Of a stretch of 64,000 nt of DNA, positions 26,962-38,270 are shown in pieces. The stretch covers positions 186,001-250,000 of the forward strand of contig JALMLS010000179.1 of the NCBI GenBank assembly GCA_038496445.1, given 5' to 3'. The position numbers were made by a program, and so were the translations under genes. Source of the DNA: Trichosphaerium sp. ATCC 40318 (Eukaryota; Protista; Tubulinea). Under the pieces are notes generated by a model. That model was not told where the DNA came from. It worked only from the letters and a program-made list of their open reading frames with translations, and ran no database searches. How positions within the stretch are numbered: position 1 is the first letter of the stretch; each line of letters starts with the position of its first letter.

Positions 26962-27855
26962 ATGTTGCAACGCATCCCTACTCTTTTAGCACGAAGCCGC
27001 ATAGCTTCTTCATCAGCCTCAACAACTCCAAGGTACAAGCGCAAACTGATTATTTACATGAAAACACGTGGAGCTAACATACTGCCTAAAGAAGAAGTAT
27101 TAAACCCGTGGTTCGATCCTTCCATTGTGTTCGCTCAGGAAAAAGTATGTTTTCAGAATCGTTTGTTTCTTTGTAATTCTGTACCAACTGACGTTGTTTT
27201 AGCTGATCCTAAGCGTAAAGGTCGTGATAGGCATCATTTTAAGCTTCAATACGAATTACCACCTCATTTGAACTGGGTTAACGACTTTTTAACTCCTGAC
27301 TATAAAATTGATAGCTGGCGCTGGCCAAATGAAGATGGAGCTGAAGTAAGTAGTGAGTTCACTCTTCAACATTTTAAGTAGCGAATTAGAGTAACGCTAG
27401 ATCACCACCAATGGATATTATCAAGACGCCAAAGGGCTTCAACGTTTCGGTAGAACGTACGTTAGTTGTATTCTGGTTTTTAAAGCATTGCCCTTAAGGC
27501 AGCGACATGACTTCCGAAATAAGCACTTTTTTGTATTATTTTACTTTTTAACAATCACTTGGTATTAACGTCCTTCCTAGTAGCCGGTATAAGAAAGGAG
27601 GATATAAAATTATCTGTGGATGACGACAATGTGCTCTTGATTAAAGGTGAACCTCAAAAGAAAGCAAACAAGGAAGAAAATGATGAAAACGAAATTGTAA
27701 AGAGTGAGCGTTACACAGGAAAGTTTGCTAGAGCAGCACAGTTACCTCCAAAAGCAGATTTGAGCAATATCACAGCGAAATATGAAAATGGTATTCTAGA
27801 TATTGATATTCCTAACAAAGGAGACGCAAAAGAGATAAAAATAGGTGTTGTCTAG
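26962..27855 (+). CDS. Small heat-shock protein (HSP20) with probable mitochondrial presequence
   Basis: PPMDIIK, GIRKEDIKLSVDDDNVLLIKGE, ERYTGKFAR..LP and ITAKYENGILDIDIP. N-terminus MLQRIPTLLARSRIASSS is Arg/Ser-rich and has no acidic residues. Confidence 0.92.
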
Positions 27856-28068
27856 ATACTTAAAATGAATGTACCCACAAGCAATAAATTATGTAATGTA
27901 CTTGGACGCTCAGTCTTGACTTACAAGACGCTTTTCAACTTTTACCCAAGCTTATTCCCTTCATGTTACGAGTGTAGCAAGTAATACAAGTATTTTAGGC
28001 ACACTGTTCAACAATTATGCCAATCACCTGTGGACAGTAAAAATTCGCACTGACAAAACTTAAAACCA

Positions 28069-30021
28069 ATGAGCGAGATACCAAAGAGTACGTCATTTTA
28101 CGATGTATTGCAGTTGAAGTGTAAGATGGTCCAAAGAGTAAAAGCAAAGTGCTCAGAGGAGACTTTCGTTGACTTTGTTATTTATTGCGCATGTCAATGG
28201 ATTACAGAGAAGGTGAAAACATGCGGGTACGGTTCATACAACACGATGGCACTAAACTTGTAAATAGTGTCAGGTGAGTTGGCATTATGATCGTAAGCCA
28301 CCAGCAACGTTCCCAGGTAAGGACGTTTACTAGTACTAGTACTCAAGGCGATTTAGATATGTTCGCGGATGAAATAAACCAAAAACAGTTAGTAACCTCC
28401 ACAACGGTAATATACAATCCACTATCGCTCCAAGACGCGTGTGTATTTAATATAGCTCGAAATAACGGCCTGGCGACTCAACTTGTTCAAGATGGCACAA
28501 ATGTACGTTAAAATACTGTAAGCGCATTAACAGACGTAGGGAAGTATCCCAAAGGCTGTATTACTATATTTTTACAGAATGCGTGCAAGAATTAAGGTAA
28601 AACGCAACCAACACGCAAATTGACAGATTCATTAGATGCCATTCATTGTGTCTAAACGAAATAACGATGACCTAAACGTTCCAACGTTTCTTGTACGTTC
28701 CTATTATATTCTTTCTTTTTTGACCATTTATTGCTTCATTCTTCCGTCTTAACCTTCTCTTAGTCACACCCCAAGAAATGGAATAAACCAAATCTATCGT
28801 TTGGTATTAATTTAGATACTTCATTCATAAAAATGATGAAGCTTCTGGATGAAGTATACAGTACAGTAGATGTCAACAACTCAGAGTCGTTTAAGCATCT
28901 AAATTCAAGGCAGGCAACCTTGTTTAATCCCTCTAACACTATAAATAGATATACTTTATTTGTTCACTTCAGGTCATTACACATAAGAAATACTATGGCT
29001 CCTCCGCCAGATATATACGCCGCATGGTTATCTCATATGATTCGCACTGATTCATACAACCAAGTGAGATTTAATACCTATGAGTTTTTACTTGTGACTT
29101 CCCTCCTAGTTCTGTTCTGTATTTTATACTGATGGTATTTTACCACATACTATTACAACGTCTCAAGTTCGAGAACAAGATGCACCTCAATTTACAGCTC
29201 TTTGGAAGACATCATTTGGAAGTGCCAAGACAGCTTCTCAGGTCTTAGTTCCAACCACTGTCAATTTTGCCATGTACTCTCTAGAGGATACAATAAGTAC
29301 AGGATTAGATCACAAAAATATCCAGGACGATGCATCATGGTACTCTACACCTTGTTTTCAATGTTTAGCTGCAAGATCAAAGCAAGAACTTATCATCTTT
29401 AGTTGGATGGGTTTAAAAGCTAACTTAAGGTCTGCAAGAAAGCGATGGAATACTTTTGCTTCACCAGAACAAATAACTGATTGTCAAGGTTTAAACGAAG
29501 TCAATTGGTTCGTTTATGTGTTACAGAAAGATGAATGTCTTCTTAATGATCTATTACTTGCATATGAACGATTTCTATTTATTGCAGCCAAGTATCCTCG
29601 TAAAATCCGTCAATGCATTCCTCCTGACCTTGTTGATAATGTGCGTTCTTATTTTTTTCTTCAGTTTGGTTTTAATTGAGTGATTCAACACCAGGTATGG
29701 CATACACATCAAGTTCATCCACAAGGTATGTTAGTTTTAATTTTCATAAACAAGAATCGCACGTGATTAATACAAAAACCAAACAGTTTATCGTGTTGAT
29801 GTCAAGAAATATTGTGGAGCAGTGTTGGAGCACAGACCAGTATTTGTATCTAAGCAAGTATGTTGTTTGTTGATTTAATGTTTTCTATGATTAATAGGGA
29901 TTAGAGCACAAAGTGGTCTGTACTAAGAGACTTGTGGCAACGTGAGTTCAATGAAGATGTATTCAAATGGGATTCTAAAAATTTATTTAAAGAAATAAAC
30001 AATGGTTGCAAGCCAAAATAA
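28069..30021 (+). CDS. GRDP/DUF1399-like protein with an N-terminal BC-box-like motif
   Basis: Duplicated motif PPPDIYAAWLSHMIR and AYERFLFI..CIPPDLVDNVWHTHQVHP..Y..D, typical of DUF1399. PLSLQDACVFNIA lies at ~28419. Confidence 0.7.
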
Positions 30022-30501
30022 AAAATGTTTGCTTGCAACTATTACTATGAATTTCGCTATCAATAATTGCATAACTTTATTACTGATAATGATTTTATCT
30101 ACTGTCATCTATGTAATAAAATATTTCACTATTCAGTACAATAGAATGCTCGGGACGGAGATTAATAGTTATAAATTGGATTTTGTTCGAACAATTTGTT
30201 CGTTTGGCCGACTCATATTTTTTCGAACAAGTTACAAATCACTACAACTGTACAAATGAAGCTTGTTCAAATTCTGTAGACTCATTGTTAAAACTTGTTC
30301 GAAAGAATCGTTCGAAAAACTGTTCGTCTTACTTTTATTGTATTTTCTTTATAAGTAGTGTGAAAATACCTGTACTGCCTCAGTTTAAGTACCTCAGAAT
30401 ACCTTGAAAATACCTAGATACTTAATCTATTCAAGTACATTTGTTTACTCTTTACATTATTTCAAACTGTCAATTGTGTTGTTTAACTTTGCGTTTTACA
30501 G

Positions 30502-32848
30502 GCCTATTTATTTTCGTCTTCATGTATTCATAATGTTGTTGATACTCTTGGCAATGATTCAAAGTACATTTTATCCAGTGGATTTACAGTAATATTCTCT
30601 CTTACCATTTTAATGAATAATTGATTGTAGTGGGACAAAAACCTTCACACTGAGTTTAATGATGAAAACAACATGACAAGTTTCCACCATTTTGTGAGCA
30701 ATGATACTATTGCGTCACCAATGATATTCTACAACAAGTATAAACAACAATTTGGAGAGGATCCCACTACTGTTGGTGCCATGGGTTACGTTTCAGGATA
30801 CATTATTCAGCACGCCTACGAAACAGCAAAGTACGAAATTTCGACTTCGTTTTTTTTTTTGATCACGTGACAATCACATCATGACTAATCTTTTATTTTA
30901 GTACCTTTGATAGTGATATAATTCAACAGACAATTGATACAATGGATATCACTGGGTTTTTTGGAGAGGTCACTTTTGATAAGTTTGGTCGGAATGTTGG
31001 CAGGAACGGGTTGACGTACCAAGTTGGAGAAAATCTAGCTCTTGAGATTGTTGCCCCTCTTTCTGCTACAAAACTTTTATATCCAGTTCCAAAATGGAGC
31101 GAACGTCAAACAACTTTTGGATGGTACAGTACGTGTCTTTTTGTTTCTTTGTTTTTCGTATGTCCCTTTTGCGTCATTTTCTCATTTCATTCTCACTTTC
31201 ATTTCAAGAACAAACAAGTGAGTTGGTGATGCTTTGCTTGGTTAGTATTGTCATATTCATAACTCTTGGTCTCATAGTGTGGGTATTGATATATCGCAAC
31301 CATCGGGCAATACGTACATCACAACCTTTATTCGTTGTACTTGCTCTTGTATGTGTCCCTAACTCTATAAACTTGTTTGATTGATACTAACTCAATTTTG
31401 TAAAGATTGGAACAATATTCATGTACGCGACTGTATTCTTTTGGACACTTCACACTGATGATTTTCATTGCAATGTTGTCAGATGGCTTCTTGGAGTAGG
31501 TTTTGGGGTATGCTACAGCCTCGAACGTTGCTTTTTCAATAACTAACATGTGATAGTTGACATATGGAGCAATGTTTGCTCGTATTTACAGAATTGGTCA
31601 AATATTTCTTGAAAAACGTTTGTCTTACAAGTCACCAACATGATGGTCGTTCCAATTGTTACTGGTATTGTCTTCATTGAGGTGCTGATGTTGGCGATAT
31701 GGACAGGTGTGAGTCCATCAAAAGCTGAACGCGAAGAAGCGTCAATGCTGTACATTCTATCTGATGACTACTTTGATTGTTCAAACACAACCACCACAGA
31801 CACAGCCTTCATGTCGATACTTCTTTTGTTCAATGCGTGTGTATTATTGTATGGTATTTATTGGATTTACAGAATATGGAGATTGAAGGCAGTTCTTTAC
31901 AACGAATCAAAGTACAATAGCAATATTAAATCCTTCGGACTGATTTCAAATAGATCAATTGGATTTGCAGTTTACACTCTCACATTCTTTATCATCATCT
32001 TCATCATTGTTCAGGTACTACTTGTCCTGAACAATAAGTACCTAATACTAGTTTAGGTGTTTGGAAGTAACAATCGTCCAGCTGTGTTTATTCTTCGTTC
32101 ATCATGTCTTATCCTTGGACCTTTCATCTCCATCTTATCTATTCTCATTCCAAGAATGTATTACATGACACTTTCAAATGAACAACTTGATATCTACGAT
32201 AGACAGAGTGATAAAAGAACAACATTATCTAATATATCGACAACCGTGACAACAATGCAAGAGTTGCAAGCGACTAATGATACACTACGAGAGAAGCTGA
32301 AGAAATATGAGGAACAAGAAGAAAATGAGAAACAATCCACTGCAACCACAACAATACAAACATTGCAAGCAAACAACGCTAAACTTCGAAAGCGACTAAA
32401 GAAATACAAACAAAAAGAAACCACAAAAGAACCACCAGCTGATGCGGAGACAACTACAGCAATACAAGAGTTGCAAGCGACCAACGATAAACTAAGAAAG
32501 AAACTGAAAAAACAATCCAATGAATCGACAACAGTATTGGCAACAACAGTACAAGAGTTGCAAGCAACCAATGATAAACTGCAAGAGAAACTAAAGAAAT
32601 ACAAACAAAAAGAAAGCACAAAACAACCAACAGATGATGCCGAGACGACTGCAGCAATACAAGAGCTGCATGCCACCAACGATAAACTAAGAAAGAAACT
32701 GAAGAAATACAAACAACAGGGAAAAAATGTGAAGCAATTCAATGCAACAACAACCTCAGCAATACAAGAATTCCAAACAACCATCGATAAACTACAAAAG
32801 GGACTGAAGGAATACAATCAACAAGAAAACGAAACACATGATTCATAG
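30502..32848 (+). pseudogene. Family-3 (GABA-B/Grl-like) GPCR: 5'-truncated, frameshifted, with a coiled-coil repeat tail
   Basis: C-terminal part of a periplasmic-binding domain (GFFGEVTFDKFGRN), then 7TM_3 motifs (RAIRTSQPLF, YGAMFARIYRI, NESKSIGFAVY, LIPR). The frame breaks at ~31620: EKRLSYKSPT* in one frame, VLQVTNMMVV in the next. The first recognisable exon starts at a splice acceptor only ~480 bp after the previous gene. Confidence 0.75.
32250..32820 (+). repeat. Coding tandem repeats 'TTAIQELQATNDKLRKKLKKY' (~6 copies)
   Basis: Visible in the 32057-32848 ORF and in the DNA as recurring caagagttgcaagc..ac.aa.gat units. Confidence 0.9.
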
Positions 32849-33293
32849 TCAGAAATAGTGTAGGCACAACAGTCATTGGGGTTAAATGTTCATCTCTATA
32901 AATAAAGTTGACCCAAGTAGAAGGTTGTATGTTTAACAATTAGCCTATTCCAGTACCTACAAGATCACTTTTGACACGCTTATACAACGCTTAATAGTGT
33001 TATTTATGCATGGGAGATTCTAAGTTCAGATACCATGGACCAAACACGTTACACTTTCAGTTGTTTTTTCTTGAACTACCAGTTATGTCCGAGTATATAT
33101 AGTACATAAAGACCATTAACTTGATTGCAAAGGACTATAATCGATTAATTTCAAAGCACTTCTTTGTCATAGACATGAGTGTCTGCGTACGCTTTTGACT
33201 TAATTGCTAAGTTTATAGAGCTGGCACTTAACGTTTTACGATTAATACACGATACTATAGCCTCACGTGATAACAAAGTAATGGATAGAACAG

Positions 33294-34690
33294 ATGACAT
33301 CAAAAAAAACAAACGAAAGCAGTAACAGGTACCATAAACACCTCAAAACACCGGTATAACTCAATTACATAGTCCTACAACCATATTAGAATTACCAATT
33401 GAGATTCTGGCAATTATTCTACAACAAACAACGAAATCACGGCTTGCGGCATCTATGACATGTAGTCTCTTTGGTTCTATTGTCAATGATTATATCGGTC
33501 ATTATTATCAACAAATAACAATACAAAATGTTTCTCAGGTTAAACATCTCGCAAAACATGCACAAGTTCTTCCTTTCACAACTATTGAGTTTAGCCGCCG
33601 TTCCATAGTAAAAGACAATATAGTTAAGGCATTAGCAGGAGTGTATTCCATTGATCTCTCAATCACTTATGTGACAGATGAAGCCATTAAGGCTCTCAAA
33701 GGCGTTCACACAATTAGCTTATTTCATTGCAATAACGTAACAGACGACAGCATTAAGGCATTGGGAGGAGTTCATACCATTAATCTTGAGTTCACCAATA
33801 TTACAGATGAAGGCATCAAAGTACTTTCTGGTGTCCATTCAATTTACCTTGGATGTTGCAAACGTATAACAGACGAGGGAGTTAAGTCACTTGCTGGTGT
33901 TCATTGTATTGGATTACAGAGCACCTCAGTAACTCATGAAGGCATCAAGCATCTCTCAGGCGTTCATACTATCACCCTCGATGAAACTAGAATTACAGAT
34001 AAAGCACTTGAACATCTTAAAGGCGTTCACACTATATCCATTAATCGTACAAAAGTTACAAACAAAGGCATCAAACATCTCAAAGGCGTTCACACTATAC
34101 ACATTAATCGTACAAAAGTTACAAACAAAGGCATCAAATATTTAAAAGGTGTTCATACTATACACATGAATAATCTAAGTGTAACAGATGAATGTCTCCA
34201 ATATCTCTCAGGTGTTTACAAGATAAGTCTCAAGTATTGCAAGTATATCACAGACAAAGGTATTAAATATCTTGCTGGAGTACACACCATAAATCTTTCT
34301 AACTGTCAACTGACAGATGAAGGCATAAAAGCACTTAAAGGCGTCCATAAAATCAATCTTTCTCAAACTTCAGTGACAGATGAAGGTGTAAAAGCACTTA
34401 AAGGTGTCCATAAAATCAATCTCTCTCAAACTTCAGTGACAGATGAAGGCCTTAAAGCACTTTCAGGTGTTCATACAATTAGACTGTGTGGCTGTGCTCT
34501 GATAACAGATGAAGGCATCAAACATCTTGCAGGAGCTCATTGCATTAAGCTTGCAGGCACTGGGGTTACGGATGAAGGCATCAAACACCTTGCAGGAGTT
34601 CACTCTATAGATATTTATTGTACTCAAGTAACACTTAAAGGGCGAAAAATACTCAAAGATGCAAATCCAGAATGTGAATTTTTTGTTTGA
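33294..34690 (+). CDS. F-box + ~16 LRR (21/22-aa) protein
   Basis: Exon 1 MTSKKTNESSN, intron 33329-33372, F-box ILELPIEILAIIL..MTCSLF, then an intronless array of TDEGIKxLxGVHxIxL repeats. Confidence 0.88.
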
Positions 34691-34977
34691 ACACATGCCA
34701 ATCTACGTTTAATGGTATTGTAGCTAATAAAGAGTTTGCGGAAATCAGTTGCAGGCAAGAGTGAGATTTGTATAGAATTGTTTAATTTAAAAAACAAGGG
34801 ATATAACAGATACTGATTAACGTGCTCCAAATTCATGATCCAATAAATGCTGTGTGAATGTAAAAATATCTAGCCTGTTGGTTTACTTCATGAGATAATG
34901 CACCAAAAAACATCACTTTATTATTAGCTACTCTATTTTTCTAAAGTACAAGGTACTTATAAATGATTTTTGAAACT

Positions 34978-35382
34978 CTACCACATAGTGTTACCGTTCA
35001 AAGATTTCACCTTTGGTACTTCTTGTATGGAATCCCAGTGTTCACATATTTTTCCATTTTCATCAAAACGAAAGAAATCCATTGTGACATATTCGTTATT
35101 GTCTGGCCAAGTCTGGTGAGTATGTAAAGCTACTAGATTGTCTTCACCAATGCATCTTACAAACTCAACAGATTTTTTAGGGTACTCGAGTTGCATACGG
35201 TCAAAGTATTCAATGAACTTCTCTGGACCATTTCCAACAAGTGGATTGTGTTGGATATATTCTTTTCCTACATATAACTCTACTGCTTTTTTAGGGTTTC
35301 CTTCAAAAGCCATTTTATAGTATGCAATAGCATTATCTTTATTCTTTTGTAGCTGTGACTTTGCTTTTGTTGTGTTGCTCAT
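34978..35382 (-). CDS. SnoaL/NTF2-like protein, bacterial type, intronless
   Basis: NKDNAIAYY, YIQHNPLVGNG, GEDNLVALH, MDFFRFDENGKICEHWDSIQ. Confidence 0.9.
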   Translation of the reverse strand: MSNTTKAKSQLQKNKDNAIAYYKMAFEGNPKKAVELYVGKEYIQHNPLVGNGPEKFIEYFDRMQLEYPKKSVEFVRCIGEDNLVALHTHQTWPDNNEYVTMDFFRFDENGKICEHWDSIQEVPKVKSLNGNTMW

Positions 35383-35579
35383 CGTGTTGAAGTGATAATG
35401 GTTTATTTGGCGTTAAGCGGTTTTACTATATTTGGAATGTGTGGCACGTGGCCAGGGGCTACGAATTCGTCCTATTAATTTTAGACATTTCTTGGATAGG
35501 CTTTGACACTAAATATTCTTTAGTTATCAATACGAAAGGGTATAAGAAATATATGAGCGGAATATTTTGCGGGTAAATA

Positions 35580-38084
35580 TCAATCATCATTTATTATTTC
35601 GAGTCTCCTTAACTTCATAAGTTCACGAGTTTTTTTACATTAGGATTTGGTTGCCATATATCATAGCGTATGATATGACTTTCTCATTGACCAAAGTCAA
35701 TAATATTTGCTGGTTTTGCCATACAGCATCCGATGTCAATTAGCTCGCTTTGTTCTCTTTTTAGCTTCTCTTTTCTTTGACGTTATTACAAGTACTAATA
35801 CCATAATATCACATGAACGTCGTCTCCACACCTAAAGGAGAAGAGATACATCTTGAATAACTCAAGCAGGGAGCAGCAAGTTGTTTGCCTGGGTGTACAT
35901 GTACAGTTTTTTCTTGCTGGTAACTTGCTGGTGTTTTGCAACCTCTGTAGCCCAGCATCGAAGGTGATTTTGCTCGCTACCAAGTGATAAGCCAAACGTT
36001 ACACTTCTTGAGGAGCCATCAAACTCACACCTTAAAATAGTATTAGAAGAACTCATTTTCAAAAAAGTTAAAGCGAATCATACCGCCAAGAGTACTTCGT
36101 TCTTCTACTAATGGCTTTTTCCCTCTTGGCACTTTTAAGTTAAGTTCTGGTTTAAAGTGTTGCAGTGTGGCTATTATAGAACCTATATCACCTTCTATCC
36201 ACCAGTAGGGTACACTAATCAAGCATAATCCTGTACAATAAAAATCAACAAATGACCTTGTAACAAAAATAATATTATAAAGCCTTCGTGCTGTTAAGCC
36301 TTTTGAGCCTCAATTCATATTTGGTGTAAAGTTAACGCTATTAGTACAAAGATTTTTGCAAAGAAAACAATTTTGTACTTAATAATGAGAAGTTCTACAA
36401 GATTTGTGTTCAATTTCAAAAAAAGAAAAGTTTACAAAACACACCTGCGTCTTTACACTGTTGCTTCTTTTCAAGATCACGTGCTTCCTGTTTATGAGAA
36501 GGATACCATGGAAATACATCAGCATAATGTTGCTCGCCTTTAAAAAATGAGAGGTACTCTTAAACAACAACCTTCATGCAAGACAAACTTACCTTGATAT
36601 TCAATAGCTAAATCAAACTGTGGTATATAAATATCTACTGTTATACTACCTTGGCTATATCGTTGCATAGATACTGGAGACTCTTCGAGTATATCCACAC
36701 CAGGTAATATAACCTTCAAACAACGGACTAGAGCCCTTGTTTTTAATAAAATCAGAAAAAAAAGGATTGTACAATTGATTTCTGTTACCTTTGTTTACTC
36801 TGTTTTATGAAAGACGTGAATTGTTCCCATTGCCACGAATAATTAGGCTCTATTATTTTAAGCGCATGAGGCCAGTTTTTAAGAATTCCACAACCTCCAA
36901 AATCAGCAATCTCCTTCAATGAAACTCTGTACCTGAACAAAAATAATGATGAGTAAAGTTTACAACTTTGACACAAAGACATACCACATTTCGGGTTTAG
37001 TAATACCTAACCGTGATTGTAGGTTCCATAGAAATGCTTTTTGGTTGTCTACTGACCAATATCCCCTTGGTACACGCCTAAAAAAAACGTTTAAGGTACG
37101 AAATCAAGAAGTAAAACCCAAAAAAAAAAAAAGAAAACTCACTTGAATTGCCATTGTCTCCATTCATGCTCAGGGTATACACTTTTTAAGCAACTGGATA
37201 TAGAACCACCATACCTAAGATTATTGTTAGCGTACGGGTACTGTAAACGGTTATCGTACAATTGAATAATGCCATTTCCTGATTGCTGAAGCATGTTAAC
37301 TTTTGTATAATTATGCCATTTATCCAAATCTTGGACATGGAGAGCGCGGCCCATGTCATCAATAGCTCTTCTTTGGTTTTGTAAATCACCCCAGTACCCT
37401 CTCGGAGAGCACCTGAGCTAATTAAGAATACACAAGCGAAGACAAACGTCATTCATTTACAACTCACCTAAAACGCCATGGTTTCCACTCACGGAACGGG
37501 TAAATGGCTTCCAGGCATGCGGATAACGAGCCACCGTATCTGTAGTGAGAGTAAGTAAATCACAGCTTGACACATTGAAAGATGCGTACATACTCAAAAT
37601 CCCGCCTCCAGAACGCTCTACAATGTCTCTCATGACAACATTGTACCAAGCGCTAAACGTTTTGATCCCAAGCTGGTGTGCTATATCTTCCATTGCTAAA
37701 CGTTGGTGCAATATGTTGTCCCAGTATCCTCTAGGCGCACAGCTACTCCATTAGCGATAGAAAATAAAGTAGAAGTGAACGCACTTGAACCTCCACGGTT
37801 TCCACTTGTATCGAGGGAACGCTTGTAAAAGACACTGGGAAATAGAATCCCCGTATCTACGAGCGTGTCATCAGTTGAAGAACATTTGACATGTATTTGT
37901 ACGTTTGTAGCACCTTCCTACAACCTTGGCGATACGCTACCTCTTTCGTAACGGTGTACCACCCATTGTAAGTATGAATCTTTAACCTCTCCGCCACAAT
38001 ATCCAAACACTCGCGTTGAGCAAGTATATTCGCATGCCACTGCTGACCGAATTTTTTAAACAGTTTGGCACCCACAATGGACAT
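35580..38084 (-). CDS. Trp-rich helical-repeat protein with C-terminal PD-(D/E)xK (RAP/DUF559-like) nuclease
   Basis: Four ~65-aa repeats (R..xD.IA..L.I....WY.V......GG.GIL..Y..S...L...YP...W..W.F...P.GYW), then ITVDIYIPQFDLAIEYQGEQHY, RDLEKKQQC and LISVPYWW. The 3' end is uncertain. Confidence 0.75.
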
Positions 38085-38270
38085 TTCGGTAAATCTGTAA
38101 TATGTTATGATTGTAGGTAACTGTACAGTATCATTGGTGGCTAGTAAGGCCTAATTTGGTTTTTCAGATTGACTTTTGAAGATTTGCATTTTTAGCCAAA
38201 GAACGGATTTGGCTACGGTAACGCTCACCTTCTTACCTTAATAGTGTTATAAATTAAACAACGAACTTGC

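Noticed and set aside
32194-32817. 207-aa minus-strand hydrophobic repeat ORF
   Set aside because: It is the antisense shadow of the GPCR coiled-coil repeat exon.
33455-34690. Regularly spaced conserved DNA motifs resembling a CRISPR array
   Set aside because: The period is 63/66 bp, in frame, and encodes LRRs. The context is eukaryotic and no cas genes are present.
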